Positions 1 to 11,235 are shown, counted from the stretch's first letter. The stretch: DNA of 64,000 bases from Bacteroidota bacterium (GCA_947458915.1 CANHAE010000001.1:1366-65365); one strand, 5' to 3'. A program made the numbers and translations. Notes: generated by a model not told the origin, from the sequence alone.

Positions 1-970
1 CTTGTATTTTGGAGGAGGGACCCCTTCTCTTTTAACAGGAAAAACAATTGAAAAAATAGTGGCTACTATTCAGGCCAACTTCACTTTTGCGCCTTCCTTT
101 GAATTTACAATTGAAGCTAACCCAGACGACATTACCCTAGAAAAAGCAAAAGCATGGAAAGCTATTGGAATAAACAGGTTAAGTATTGGCATTCAAAGTT
201 TTCAAGCACATTCTTTGGCATGGATGAATAGAGCACATACTGTTGAACAATCCCATGAAGCATTGACCAATGCTCAGCGTGTAGGATTTGAAAATATTAG
301 TACTGATTTAATTTATGGGACCCCTCACTTAAGTGATGCTGATTTACTAGACGATATAAAATGGCTTACACATTATGGGATTCCTCATATTTCTTGCTAT
401 GCGCTTACCGTTGAAGAAAAAACCGCATTACATTATTTAATTGCAAAGCAGCAAATGGAAGGGGTCAATTCGGAACACCAGGCAAGACATTTTGAAATCA
501 TTGTAAGTGAATTAACTAAACGCAATTTTGAACATTACGAAATTTCAAATTTCGCACAACCAGGTTTAAGGAGCCAACATAATAGTAATTACTGGAAAGG
601 CATTCCCTACTTAGGCTTGGGGCCTTCGGCGCATTCTTTTAATAAAGTATCTCGTCAATGGAATGTATCAAATAACCATTTATATATGCAATCAATTGCA
701 CTTGGAACACTCCCCATTGAAATTGAAAAGCTTGACCTAGCAACCCAATTTAACGAATACCTAATGATTTCCTTAAGGCTGTCCGAGGGTTTTTCCTTGC
801 AGCATATTAAAAAGCAATTTGGCGAAAGTTATGTACAACACACAAAAGCTATTGCAATGCAATTTATAAATACCAAGCAGCTACAGTCTACTGCTACGGG
901 CTATACGCTTTCACCAAGTGCACGTTTTTTTGCAGATGGCATTGCGAGTGATTTTTTTATTGTAAACTAA
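1..970 (+). CDS. hemW: Radical SAM heme chaperone HemW (HemN-like), 5'-truncated by the window edge
   Basis: YFGGGTPS, EANP, RLSIGIQSF, YEISNF, HNSNYW and YLGLGPSAHS motifs. Confidence 0.9.
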   Translation, partial: LYFGGGTPSLLTGKTIEKIVATIQANFTFAPSFEFTIEANPDDITLEKAKAWKAIGINRLSIGIQSFQAHSLAWMNRAHTVEQSHEALTNAQRVGFENISTDLIYGTPHLSDADLLDDIKWLTHYGIPHISCYALTVEEKTALHYLIAKQQMEGVNSEHQARHFEIIVSELTKRNFEHYEISNFAQPGLRSQHNSNYWKGIPYLGLGPSAHSFNKVSRQWNVSNNHLYMQSIALGTLPIEIEKLDLATQFNEYLMISLRLSEGFSLQHIKKQFGESYVQHTKAIAMQFINTKQLQSTATGYTLSPSARFFADGIASDFFIVN

Positions 971-1980
971 AGTAAAATCTTTTCAATGGACTTGAATGCA
1001 TCTTCAGGTGATACCTCTTTCCATAAAACCTCATAGATAGCGTTAATAATTGGCAATTCAATTTTCAAGTTTTCATTTATGGCAGTAATACATTTACTTG
1101 CGTTATAGCCTTCCGCAACCATGTTTAACTCCAATTGCGCAGCACGCACCGAATAGCCTTTGCCAATCATGTTGCCGAAAGTACGATTACGGCTATGTAA
1201 AGAATAACAAGTGACCAATAAGTCACCAAGGTATACCGATGAATTATAATTTACACTACAACATTGCTGGTTACTTTTTTCCATAATTGCATTAAGCATC
1301 ACCTTCATTTCGTTGGCGGCACTAGCAATAAATACACTTAAAAAATTATCGCCATATTCTAAACCGTGTGCGATTCCGGCACCTAATGCGTAAATATTTT
1401 TTGCGACTGCCGCATACTGAACACCAATAACATCGTTATTAACTCTTGTATTAATATAATCAGCAGTAAAATAGTTGGCAATTTGCTGTGTCGCTTCCGT
1501 ATCAATACCAGAGAAGGTTAAATAGGAAAGTTTTTCGGCAGCTACTTCTTCCGCATGGCATGGGCCTAATAAAGTAAAATATTGTGTTAAAGGAAATTGA
1601 AATTGCTGTTGAAGATATTCATGCAATAAAATATTATGATTAGGCAACACCCCCTTAATTGCTGAAACAATTTTCTTATTTTTTAGCTGCTCTTTACTAA
1701 TACCCGCTAAGGAGGCTTCTGCGTGAATTGAAGGCACTGCTATTATAATAATATCTGCATTATTTATTACCTCACTTACCTCATCAGAAAAAGTTAATTT
1801 ACTTACATCAAAATAAGCATTTCGCAAATAATGAGGGTTATGATGGCGTTTTTTGAAATAGTCAATATTAGCAGACTGCCTTACCCACCAAAAAATATCA
1901 TGACCGTTATCGGTGACAATTTTTGCAATAGCGGTTGCCCAGCTTCCACTCCCTATTATTCCAATTCTCATATGGCGCAT
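967..1980 (-). CDS. gpsA: NAD(P)H-dependent glycerol-3-phosphate dehydrogenase (start at 1980 or 1971)
   Basis: IGSGSWATA Rossmann motif, KNIYALGAG, GDLLVTCYSLHSRNRTFG, VAEG; a TATTTTTG -7 box lies just upstream. Confidence 0.92.
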   Translation of the reverse strand: MRHMRIGIIGSGSWATAIAKIVTDNGHDIFWWVRQSANIDYFKKRHHNPHYLRNAYFDVSKLTFSDEVSEVINNADIIIIAVPSIHAEASLAGISKEQLKNKKIVSAIKGVLPNHNILLHEYLQQQFQFPLTQYFTLLGPCHAEEVAAEKLSYLTFSGIDTEATQQIANYFTADYINTRVNNDVIGVQYAAVAKNIYALGAGIAHGLEYGDNFLSVFIASAANEMKVMLNAIMEKSNQQCCSVNYNSSVYLGDLLVTCYSLHSRNRTFGNMIGKGYSVRAAQLELNMVAEGYNASKCITAINENLKIELPIINAIYEVLWKEVSPEDAFKSIEKILL

Positions 1981-2003
1981 TTTCACAAAAATACGAAACT
2001 CAT

Positions 2004-2039
2004 AAAAAAAGGGGCACATTTTTTAAATGTGCCCCTTTT
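2004..2039 (-). terminator. Intrinsic terminator after the efflux adaptor gene
   Basis: AAAAGGGGCACATTT...AAATGTGCCCCTTTT hairpin with A/T tails. Confidence 0.85.
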
Positions 2040-2059
2040 AGGTATAATTATAAGCTGTT

Positions 2060-3412
2060 TTAGTTCTTTTCTTCAAATAACTTATCCTTTGTAGTGACCT
2101 TAACTAAACTACCATTTTTAAGCGTTTTGCTTACCGTTGAGTAAGGGCCTGTAATAACTTCATCACCAACTTTAACACCAGTAACTTCAATAAAGTTTAG
2201 GTCTTGAATGTCCGTTTTTACTTTAACCATTTTAACTTTACTGTCTTTTTGCAAAACAAACACCACTTCCATTACATCATCGTCTTTTGCAGCAGCAGCA
2301 TTCGCATCATTTCCTGATGGCTTTGCAGTCGCTTTTGTATCCTTGCCTTTACCTTCTTTATCTCTGGTAGTAACCGCATTTAAAGGAACAGTAACTACAT
2401 TCACTTTAGATTTAGTCTGTATATCAGCACTAGCCGTCATACCAGGTCTAAAAGGGAAAATTGCGTTTTCTTTAAGCAAGTCGGTATAACTATCAGGGAA
2501 CAACCTGATATGTACTTTATAGTTAGCCACTTCGGTTGAACTAGCTAATCCAGCACTAGCCGATGTTACAGGGTTTGCTATTTTATATACAATACCTTTA
2601 AATTTCCTATTGTTATAAGCATCTACTTCTACTAGTGCAGTATCACCTATTTTAACTTTAGTAATGTCGTTTTCACCAACATCTACTCTAACTTCTATAC
2701 TTTTCATATCAGCAACGCGCATCATTTCTGTACCAGCCATTTGGGCTGTACCTACCACTCTTTCCCCTTTTTTAACATTCATTAAACTAACAATACCATC
2801 CATTGGAGAAACAATAGTTGTCCTAGCTAAATCCTTTTCGGCCCTTGCTAATTGCGCTTTTACACCTTGGATTTGAGCTGCACTACTTTTTATGGATTCT
2901 TGAGCGCCAAAATAACTTGACTCTGCCGACCTAAATGCTTGTTCAGTTTGTTCAAACTCGGCTCTTGACACAATTTTATCAGCAAATAATTTTTTATAAC
3001 GTTCGTTCGTTGATTTCGTATTTTCATAAGCAGTTTTTAAACCGCTTAAATTTGCTTTTACATTTTCGTATTGCGCCTTTACTTGATTCACACTTGCTGT
3101 AACCTGATCCCTTTGAGAAGAATAAATATCAGCATATATTTTTGCCAAAATTTGCCCTTTTGTTACTTTGTCGCCTTCTGCTACAAAAAGGTTTACAATT
3201 TCGCCCGAAATATCTGGACTTACCTTTACTTCTATTTCTGGGTAAACCTTACCACTTGCGTTTACTGACTCAGTAATGGTTCTTAATTGAACTTTTTCAG
3301 TGGTTACTTCTTCGCCCTGTTCTTTTCCAATTACACCTGCTTTTTTTAGCCCTACTAACAGTATCACAACTGCTGCTAATCCTACAAGTATCCAAATTAA
3401 CTTCTTATTCAT
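2060..3412 (-). CDS. Efflux periplasmic adaptor (MacA/HlyD-like)
   Basis: N-terminal TM anchor, lipoyl halves (VAEGDKVTKGQ; SPMDGIV), coiled-coil hairpin, RPGMTA. Confidence 0.9.
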   Translation of the reverse strand: MNKKLIWILVGLAAVVILLVGLKKAGVIGKEQGEEVTTEKVQLRTITESVNASGKVYPEIEVKVSPDISGEIVNLFVAEGDKVTKGQILAKIYADIYSSQRDQVTASVNQVKAQYENVKANLSGLKTAYENTKSTNERYKKLFADKIVSRAEFEQTEQAFRSAESSYFGAQESIKSSAAQIQGVKAQLARAEKDLARTTIVSPMDGIVSLMNVKKGERVVGTAQMAGTEMMRVADMKSIEVRVDVGENDITKVKIGDTALVEVDAYNNRKFKGIVYKIANPVTSASAGLASSTEVANYKVHIRLFPDSYTDLLKENAIFPFRPGMTASADIQTKSKVNVVTVPLNAVTTRDKEGKGKDTKATAKPSGNDANAAAAKDDDVMEVVFVLQKDSKVKMVKVKTDIQDLNFIEVTGVKVGDEVITGPYSTVSKTLKNGSLVKVTTKDKLFEEKN

Positions 3413-3456
3413 TTTTATTTATTTTAAATCTCTTTAATAATCAACTACCTTTTAAT

Positions 3457-4917
3457 TTATAATGACAATGCTTCTCCTTTGTAAAATTCTAATAATTTAA
3501 TTCTAAAAACGTATTCATATTGTGCTGCCTTAAAGTTCACTTTAGCTTTTAGAAAATTATTTTGGTTATTTAATAATTCAATTGTGCCTAACAAACCAAG
3601 TTCGTAACGTTTAGAAGCGAATTGAAATGTTTTTTCTGCAGAAACAACCGCTTTTTGAGTAGCATTTAATTTATTTGAAGCGACTACTGCATTTGTATAA
3701 GCTGCATAAATATCTTGCTTTAATTTCCTTTGCGAATTTTCTTCTTGCAAACCTGCCGACCTTGCACTTAGCTTAGCTTGTTGGTAAGCAATTTTTGATT
3801 GGTTCGCATTAAAAATGGGAATGGATAATTGAAATCCAAAACTTTGTCCAAAATTATTATTTAATTGGTTGCCCCAACCATTCCAAACAGAACCAAAACT
3901 TCTTGTACTAGACGTGGCTGTGTAAATAGGGCTTTGAACATAATATTTTGTGCTTCCCATTGTCACAAAAGGGCTTGCGGCATTGGGTGTGCTATACCCA
4001 CTAAATTCATAACCCGTTACATATTTAAAAGGATTAGAAAAGTTGGTACTTAAACTATACCCAAAACTTAAAGAAGGGAAAAAATTCGCTTTTGACGCAA
4101 TGGTGTTTTTTTGAGCGGCGTTAACACGCAAAGTAGCTGCTTTTATATTCGGTAAATTTTGCGCGGCAAGGTTAAATATATAATCCGGTTGCAAGTCGGC
4201 AAAGGTTTGTGTTTTTATTTTATCCACTGGCTGAACTACAATGTCGAAGGGCTTTGCCGCATCTAAATTTAATAGCGCCTTTAAGCTTAATTTGCTTTGT
4301 TCCACATTTGACATTGCAGTAATTAAAGTGCTACTGTCATTCGCTAACTGCGTTTCTAATTCTAACAAATTCAATTCTGGCAAAAGTCCTACTTCCACTC
4401 TTTTTTTAGTTGCAGACAATTGCTCCTTTGTTTGCTGTATTTGAATTTTTGCGATCTCTGATTGCTCAATTGACGATAATACTTGTAAATAAAAGGTGGC
4501 TACACTTAACGAAATGTCATTTGATACCGTTTGTTTATCGGCTTCACTTGCTTGCCAACTATATTCACTTGCTGCTGCAGTGTTTCTTAACTTTCCTGCA
4601 TTGAAAACCTGCACACCTCCATTTAAACCAAAATTATTGTATAAAAATTGAGTATTTGAGAACCCGTTAGTAGTAGGGTCAATGGATCGTCCAATTCTCA
4701 AGCCCGTCCCTGACGAACCGTTAATGGTGGGAAGCATACTTGATTTAGCAGCCTCTGCCTGTAATTTTGCGACCCTAGTTTGTACATCAGCCTGCTGAAC
4801 TGAAATATTGTGTTGAATGGCATAGGCCACACAAGATTGCAAATCCCACTGAGCTGGTTCTTGTGCTACTAGGACTAATGACGAAGCGGCAAAGAATAAA
4901 GAAAGTATATATTTCAT
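3457..4917 (-). CDS. TolC-family outer-membrane efflux protein
   Basis: Signal peptide, two OEP repeats (LSIPIFN; RYELGL), adjacent to the adaptor gene. Confidence 0.9.
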   Translation of the reverse strand: MKYILSLFFAASSLVLVAQEPAQWDLQSCVAYAIQHNISVQQADVQTRVAKLQAEAAKSSMLPTINGSSGTGLRIGRSIDPTTNGFSNTQFLYNNFGLNGGVQVFNAGKLRNTAAASEYSWQASEADKQTVSNDISLSVATFYLQVLSSIEQSEIAKIQIQQTKEQLSATKKRVEVGLLPELNLLELETQLANDSSTLITAMSNVEQSKLSLKALLNLDAAKPFDIVVQPVDKIKTQTFADLQPDYIFNLAAQNLPNIKAATLRVNAAQKNTIASKANFFPSLSFGYSLSTNFSNPFKYVTGYEFSGYSTPNAASPFVTMGSTKYYVQSPIYTATSSTRSFGSVWNGWGNQLNNNFGQSFGFQLSIPIFNANQSKIAYQQAKLSARSAGLQEENSQRKLKQDIYAAYTNAVVASNKLNATQKAVVSAEKTFQFASKRYELGLLGTIELLNNQNNFLKAKVNFKAAQYEYVFRIKLLEFYKGEALSL

Positions 4918-5035
4918 GTATTTGATATTAGCACACTTTTAAACAATACAAAAGTAAACTAATAAAGCCTACCTGGCTATTTTTTAGACAGGCGGAAAGC
5001 GTACAATATGAATAGCATTAAACCTATATAAAAGG

Positions 5036-6370
5036 CTATAGGGTAATACCTGGCTTTTTATAATAGAATATTCTATATAATATAAGCACTAATACCACCA
5101 AAATCACAGCGGTAAGGGCTGAATAGGGCTTATCAATTACCACTGCGACAGCTACAAAAGCATAAGCAATCACAAAAAGGATACAGAATAAAGGCGTCCA
5201 TCTTTTTAACGCACCAGTAACTGAGCCATCCCCTTGCTTTTTACTCCTCAATATTAATAAGGTAGCAGCAGAGGTACTCATACCTAGGCAGTCAAGGAAG
5301 ATGCTAAAACTTAACACATCATCCACCCCTTTGCCAAAAAAAGTAACTAAGATGGTAGCTATTGCAAATACCGTAAGCCCTGGCACCAATGCATCGGTTT
5401 TAGGATGTTTTTTTTGAAAAATTGCAGGTAATACTTTATCCTCACTCATGGCGAACATCACCCTTGGATTACTCATTAAAATTACATTCACATACGCAAG
5501 TACACTTAACACCATGGCAAAATCAAAAACTTTTGCGCCAAATTTACCAAACCATGCTTCAAATAATAACGATCCTATTGCATTAGCATTCTTCATGTTA
5601 TCAAAACCAATCACTTTCATGTAAGTGTAATTAATAGCTAGGTATAAAAACAAAACAATAAATATACCAAACACAATACCCCTTTGCATTGTTTTAGCCG
5701 ATTTTACTTCTGATCCAAAATTTATAGTTTGCTGATAGCCTCCATACGTAAAAAATACAGCGACTAAGCTCACCATTAATAATAGCGCGCCGTTGCTGCC
5801 ATTATAAACATAAACTTTTCCTTCATTCACCCCATGAATAGGCACTTGAACGCCTTTAAATAAGGAGGAAATTAATAACACAATTAAGCTTATTTTGACA
5901 ATCATTAAAACGTTTTGAGTACGACTGCTGGTTTTAAGTCCTAATAAATTGACAATATAAAAAAGGCCCACCGAAATAGAGGCAATACAAATATTGAAAA
6001 AAGTGCCAGAAGGGCGACCAAATAATAAATCACTAACATAATCGGCACCAATTAAAGCAACAACCGCCAACGAAGCTGCATTACTAATTAAAATCAAAAC
6101 ATTAATTGTAAAGCCTACTCCTGGGTGATAGCAATGTGCAAATACTTTATAATAGCCACCCATTACAGGAAGGCGTTGACCTATTTCAGCGTAAGTTAAG
6201 GCCCCAAAAAGTGCTATAATGCCCCCAATAATCCAAGCAGCGAAGAATATCATTGGCGTACCCGACTTAGCTGCAATTGTAGCTGGAGTTTTGAATATAC
6301 CCATTCCTATTACTAAGCTCACAACAATCATTGTAAGACTAAAAAAGTTAATGCCTTGCTTTTCTTTCAT
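5036..6370 (-). CDS. APC-family amino acid permease
   Basis: About 12 hydrophobic helices; IGMGIF, YAEIG..LP..GG.Y and FTYGGY motifs. Confidence 0.88.
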   Translation of the reverse strand: MKEKQGINFFSLTMIVVSLVIGMGIFKTPATIAAKSGTPMIFFAAWIIGGIIALFGALTYAEIGQRLPVMGGYYKVFAHCYHPGVGFTINVLILISNAASLAVVALIGADYVSDLLFGRPSGTFFNICIASISVGLFYIVNLLGLKTSSRTQNVLMIVKISLIVLLISSLFKGVQVPIHGVNEGKVYVYNGSNGALLLMVSLVAVFFTYGGYQQTINFGSEVKSAKTMQRGIVFGIFIVLFLYLAINYTYMKVIGFDNMKNANAIGSLLFEAWFGKFGAKVFDFAMVLSVLAYVNVILMSNPRVMFAMSEDKVLPAIFQKKHPKTDALVPGLTVFAIATILVTFFGKGVDDVLSFSIFLDCLGMSTSAATLLILRSKKQGDGSVTGALKRWTPLFCILFVIAYAFVAVAVVIDKPYSALTAVILVVLVLILYRIFYYKKPGITL

Positions 6371-6469
6371 GCTAAATATAATTGGTTATAAATATAATTA
6401 AAATGAGCTTAGTTTTCAACAAAGCGTTAATAATTAAAACCTTAAAGCATTTTTTAAAAGAATATGTTT

Positions 6470-6636
6470 GTTTAAGAATTAGGTTCATGAGAATGATTAA
6501 AAGGGAATCCCGTTTAAATCGGGGGCTATTCCCGTAGCTGTAAGTTCTGCGCTAAGCGCAAACAATGCAAAACAAATCCACTGAAGCAATTTGGGAAGGA
6601 TGCATTGCTAAAGAACGAGCCAGAAGACCTGCCTGA
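6470..6636 (+). ncRNA. Cobalamin (B12) riboswitch
   Basis: AGGTTC..TTAAAAGGGAATCCCG.TTAAATCGGG.GCT.TTCCCGTAGCTGTAAG, CCACTG..GGGAAGG and the B12 box GAGCCAGAAGACCTGCC; lies upstream of a BtuB-like gene. Confidence 0.92.
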
Positions 6637-6819
6637 TTAAATTATAACCAACAGCTTTCGGGTAAAAAGCAAGGATTGTAAACTAATTGTTGCGCAGGCA
6701 TTTGTTACTACTTACAACTATATCGAGTTGTAAAATTTTGATGATACCTATTAGCGCTGCGGTCACTTATGGTTCTCTTATTCCAGAAAGCTCATTGTTC
6801 ACTCAAAAAAAACAAAACA

Positions 6820-8757
6820 ATGAGCAAAAAATTAATCACGCTCTCGGTAAGCTTAATCGCTACCGCCACCCTAGTCTTTGGGCAACAAAAAGACGATGCT
6901 AAAAAAGTTTCAGACACTATCACCAACTTAACTGAAGTGATTGTTACTGCCAATAAAATTGAGCAGAAACAAAACACAACAGGTAAGGTAGTTACTGTAA
7001 TTAACGCAGCAGACCTTCAGGCAAATGCAGGTCGCAGTTTAGCACAAATATTAACTGAACAAACAAGCTTGTATTTACCTGGTGCTTTTAGCAATGCAGG
7101 CACCGTGCCAAGTATTTTTATGCGAGGCGCATCTAGCGGAAGGACTTTAATATTAATTGATGGTGTACCAGTTGGAGACCCTTCAATGATAAGTAATGAA
7201 TTCGATTTAAACCTAGTACCATTGGACCAAATTGAAAGGGTCGAAATACTAAAAGGGGCTCAATCAACTATTTATGGCTCGGATGCAATTGGAGGAGTTA
7301 TAAATATTATAACAAAAACAAAATTAAAAAAGTCTTGGAGTGGTTCCTATTCAGTGGGCAGTTATGGTACTCAAAAAATGGATATTCAGCATGCGCAAAC
7401 TTTTAATAAATTAAGTTATACCATTGGGTATGAAAATCAGTCTGCTAAGGGGTTCTCTTCGGCATTCGATAAAACCAACACCGGGAATTTTGACAAAGAT
7501 GGTTATCAAAACAAAAGCTGGTTTGCCAATATCAATTATGCCATTAATTCAAATTGGAATTTAAAGGCCTATACACGCCTTACTGCCTATAGTGCCGACA
7601 TTGACCAAGCTGCTTTTGAGGATGACAAGGACAACCAGTTTAAGAATGCTACAAAAATGTCTGGCATTACACTGAAATACAAAAAGGATAGAACTAGTTT
7701 TCAGCTGCAATATCAAATCAACTCGCAAGACCGTCAATACCTTAATGACAGTACAGACAGAACCTACACAATTTTTGAAGACAATCATTATTGGGGAAAA
7801 TCTCACTTTGCAGATGTATTTTATGCAAATGCTTTTACAAAAAATGTGCAATGGGTTGTTGGTAGTGATTTTAGGTATGGATCCTTTCATCAAACCTATG
7901 AGTCATTGGGTACTTGGGGACCTTATAATTTTAATTTCGTGGACACTTTTCAATACCAAAATGCAGTATACACTTCCCTTATTTTAAATGACAATGCCAA
8001 TAAGTGGAATGTAGAAATTGGCGGCAGATATAACAAACATTCTAGTTATGGAAATAATGAAACATTTACTTTAAGCCCTTCGTATAAAGTAACAAATAGT
8101 ATTAGGTTATTAGCAAGTGTTTCTTCCGGGTTTAAAGCTCCTTCTTTATACCAACTTAGTAATAATGCCAATTTATCCCCAGAAGAATCGGTAAGCACTG
8201 AAATTGGAACAGAATACAAAACAAATGCACTATTTGCAAGAGCAGTATATTACAACAGGATCATTGACAATGGTATTGATTACAATTATATTGACAACAA
8301 TTATTTCAATTTTATTGAACAAAAAGTAAATGGAATTGAATTAGAATTCAACTGGAAAATAAACGCCCAACATAGTATTAATGCAAATTATACTTTAATG
8401 AATGGAAATGAAACCAATCAAAACCGAGTAACCAATACAGATACTATTACTTATAATTATTTATTAAAGCGCCCAAAGCATAGTGCAGGTTTTCAATGGC
8501 AGTTCAATCCTACGCCAAAATTAGCAATTAGCGTTGCTGCGAGATATATTAGCAAACGTTTCGATGTGGGAGGTTATGCAAGTCCCGACGTTCAATTAGG
8601 CTACTATATATTAACAAATGCACATGTTCAATATAAAGCAAGCAAACACTTAACACTATTTGCCGATGGTCAGAACTTAGGGAACGATGGTTTCCAAGAA
8701 GTGAATGGATACAATACAATTGGAAGGGCTTTACTATTTGGCATCCGTTTACATTAA
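6820..8757 (+). CDS. btuB: TonB-dependent cobalamin receptor
   Basis: Signal peptide from the ATG at 6820; plug motifs LIDGVP and IERVEILKGAQSTIYGSDAIGGVINIIT; directly downstream of a B12 riboswitch. Confidence 0.85.
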   Translation: MSKKLITLSVSLIATATLVFGQQKDDAKKVSDTITNLTEVIVTANKIEQKQNTTGKVVTVINAADLQANAGRSLAQILTEQTSLYLPGAFSNAGTVPSIFMRGASSGRTLILIDGVPVGDPSMISNEFDLNLVPLDQIERVEILKGAQSTIYGSDAIGGVINIITKTKLKKSWSGSYSVGSYGTQKMDIQHAQTFNKLSYTIGYENQSAKGFSSAFDKTNTGNFDKDGYQNKSWFANINYAINSNWNLKAYTRLTAYSADIDQAAFEDDKDNQFKNATKMSGITLKYKKDRTSFQLQYQINSQDRQYLNDSTDRTYTIFEDNHYWGKSHFADVFYANAFTKNVQWVVGSDFRYGSFHQTYESLGTWGPYNFNFVDTFQYQNAVYTSLILNDNANKWNVEIGGRYNKHSSYGNNETFTLSPSYKVTNSIRLLASVSSGFKAPSLYQLSNNANLSPEESVSTEIGTEYKTNALFARAVYYNRIIDNGIDYNYIDNNYFNFIEQKVNGIELEFNWKINAQHSINANYTLMNGNETNQNRVTNTDTITYNYLLKRPKHSAGFQWQFNPTPKLAISVAARYISKRFDVGGYASPDVQLGYYILTNAHVQYKASKHLTLFADGQNLGNDGFQEVNGYNTIGRALLFGIRLH

Positions 8758-8826
8758 ATTCACATTAGGTGTTTTCAACACAAGTTCGATTCAAAAAAGC
8801 TTTGTACCTTTGTGCAAAGCTTTTTT

Positions 8827-9405
8827 ATGGAATTTCATCCAGACCAATTACTGACTGTCATCTTTACTTTATTTGCCGTAATTGATATTGTGGGATCTAT
8901 TCCCTTATTAATTGGCATGAAAGAAAAAATGGGTGGCATAAAGTCGTTAAAAGTGACCTTAATTTCAGGAGGATTCATGATTGCTTTTATGTTTTTAGGA
9001 AAGCCCTTTTTAAAAATGCTAGGATTAGATATTAAGTCGTTCGCTGTGGGCGGATCGATTGTGATTTTTTTATTGGGATTAGAAATGGTATTAGGACATG
9101 AAATATTCAAAGGCGATAAAGATGCACATTCTGGCACAGTGGTGCCCATTGCATTTCCTATTATTGCTGGTAGTGGAACATTAACCACTATTATGTCCCT
9201 AAAAGCAAACTTTGAAGAAGCCTATATTTTAGGAGGTATTTTAGTGAACCTTGTTATTGTGTACATTGTATTAAAGTCACTCAACTTTATCGAACGCATG
9301 TTGGGGCCAGGCGGATTACTCGCTGTCCGTAAATTTTTCGGTGTAATACTTTTAGCTATTGCGGTGAAGATATTCTCTAGTAATATTGGAGCGTTAAGGA
9401 GGTAG
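8827..9405 (+). CDS. MarC-family membrane protein
   Basis: Six TM segments, VPIAFPIIAGSG motif; TACCTTTG -7 box at 8805-8812 favours the ATG at 8827. Confidence 0.88.
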   Translation: MEFHPDQLLTVIFTLFAVIDIVGSIPLLIGMKEKMGGIKSLKVTLISGGFMIAFMFLGKPFLKMLGLDIKSFAVGGSIVIFLLGLEMVLGHEIFKGDKDAHSGTVVPIAFPIIAGSGTLTTIMSLKANFEEAYILGGILVNLVIVYIVLKSLNFIERMLGPGGLLAVRKFFGVILLAIAVKIFSSNIGALRR

Positions 9406-9603
9406 TTATAATTCTTTGAACCTGAGGTTTTTAATAATCCATTAGAAGCATGAGGAAGTGATAATTTTACTGTACTTAGTATGCTTTACCTGATTTAATA
9501 GTTGCACAGCTAATTTTGCATAAAAAGGAAGTAAATTATAATTAATAAAAATATTCCTATTTACATTCATTCAATTCAATATTATAAGATTCAAATAAAT
9601 AGC

Positions 9604-11235
9604 CTACAAGAGTCTTTCAATTGTTATTAAGCTAGCATTGTTTCCTGAACCAAATACGGCAGATATTCTCCACCCAATAAATGCTGTTGTATCCATAATT
9701 TGCCAAGTACAAACATCACCCGGTGAGCCAAAATGATGTCCTGGTATTAAATAAGTTGGTGTAGTTGTGATACTAAAAGGTCCTGCTAAAAGGCCTCCGC
9801 CTGCTGCTGAATTAACCGAATATGTACACGAACCATAAACACTATAAGTTCCTGAGAAAGTAGAAACCTGCAAGCTTCTATTACCTGAACTTGGAAATCT
9901 AACTTTTAAATTACCTAATGTAATATCAGATGCTGCATTCACAAATAATGCTGTTTTCATTATTACATTACCTGAAGCATCTGCCAAATTTATTTTACCT
10001 GCAACATTCACATTACCTGTAACATCCAACGCTTGAGTGGGTGCATTATTCCCAATCCCTACATTACCTGTTATATTAAATGTATTTGTACCAGATAAAA
10101 TCCAAGGATTAACAAAAGCCGAAGATCCAACTTGCTGAATACTTGCCCAACTACTAGAATATCCACTTGCCGAAGAAGGCGCATATGCAGTAACGGTTCC
10201 TGAAACATTTATTACTCTTAAATAAACAGTAGTATTTGCTGTTGGCGTATAATAAACAACCGCTTTGTCTTGTGGGGCATCTGTAAAGGCAGCCCCTGCT
10301 TTCATAATTACACCAATGCTTCCTCCTGGCAATAAAGCATTTGCATTATCTACCCATGTATAATAACCATATCCAGTTGAAGATCCCCCTAATGCCGCTT
10401 CTAGCTTATATGTTTTATTTGCTTTCAAATCGAAACCACCACTTGTAATGGTGATTCCCGTTCCTGATGAAGTATTAAAAATAATATTTCCAGCAGCAGA
10501 TAAAGCTTGATTAGCAGATAAGGATGCTTGAATATAATCAACGGATTGTCCCGTTACTGGTAAATTCCCTGCTACTAATTTATAATACACTCTGTCATAA
10601 TCTCCTGCATCTCTTGAACCGGTTGAGGTTACATTAACATTATACGTTACTCCGGCTTGTAAATTAACCTCCACTTTCCCAGTGAATACTACGTGAACGT
10701 TATTATTTGCATTTGAAAATACATCTGTTGCTAAATCTGTTGTTCCTTGTCTTACTTTGAATGTAATAGACATGGTAGCTTGATTCATATACCCAGAACT
10801 AGAAAAATCAAATAAATATCTTCCTGATACAGGCACTGTAAATGTGAAGCCATTTGCATTTGCTATATCTCCTGTAGCTGTTGAATAGGCTTTTCCATAT
10901 AAGCTAACCATATTTGAAGCAGTAATTCCATTCCCTGCAGAGCTAGCAGTAGCAATGGTTGCCCAACTGGCACCATTCCAATAATAATAACCTGCTTGTA
11001 ACCCAACAGAACCTAAATTATAAACCAATAAACCCTCCGCTGGCGTCGTAATGGGCGATGCAAGAGTTGCACTTGTTAACGTAACACGTGGTGGCAAAAA
11101 ACCTTTATCAGTTGAGTATACATCTAACTTCGCAGATGCATTGGGAGTTGTAGTCCCTATTCCGGTTTGCGCATTAGCAATTATACTAAAACAGCAACAA
11201 AAAATTAAGAATGATATGTTTTTATATTTCAACAT
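9604..11235 (-). CDS. Exported fibre/adhesin-like protein (GIGTTTP N-domain, C1q-like module)
   Basis: Signal peptide ending ANA|Q, TGIGTTTPNASAKLDV..KGFLPPRV domain, FTVPVSGRYLF C1q-like motif; paralog of 11235..13517. Confidence 0.65.
   Translation of the reverse strand: MLKYKNISFLIFCCCFSIIANAQTGIGTTTPNASAKLDVYSTDKGFLPPRVTLTSATLASPITTPAEGLLVYNLGSVGLQAGYYYWNGASWATIATASSAGNGITASNMVSLYGKAYSTATGDIANANGFTFTVPVSGRYLFDFSSSGYMNQATMSITFKVRQGTTDLATDVFSNANNNVHVVFTGKVEVNLQAGVTYNVNVTSTGSRDAGDYDRVYYKLVAGNLPVTGQSVDYIQASLSANQALSAAGNIIFNTSSGTGITITSGGFDLKANKTYKLEAALGGSSTGYGYYTWVDNANALLPGGSIGVIMKAGAAFTDAPQDKAVVYYTPTANTTVYLRVINVSGTVTAYAPSSASGYSSSWASIQQVGSSAFVNPWILSGTNTFNITGNVGIGNNAPTQALDVTGNVNVAGKINLADASGNVIMKTALFVNAASDITLGNLKVRFPSSGNRSLQVSTFSGTYSVYGSCTYSVNSAAGGGLLAGPFSITTTPTYLIPGHHFGSPGDVCTWQIMDTTAFIGWRISAVFGSGNNASLITIERLL

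Noticed and set aside
2060-4917. Incomplete efflux system lacking an inner-membrane pump
   Set aside because: Unlinked ABC/permease partners are common in Bacteroidota; not distinctive
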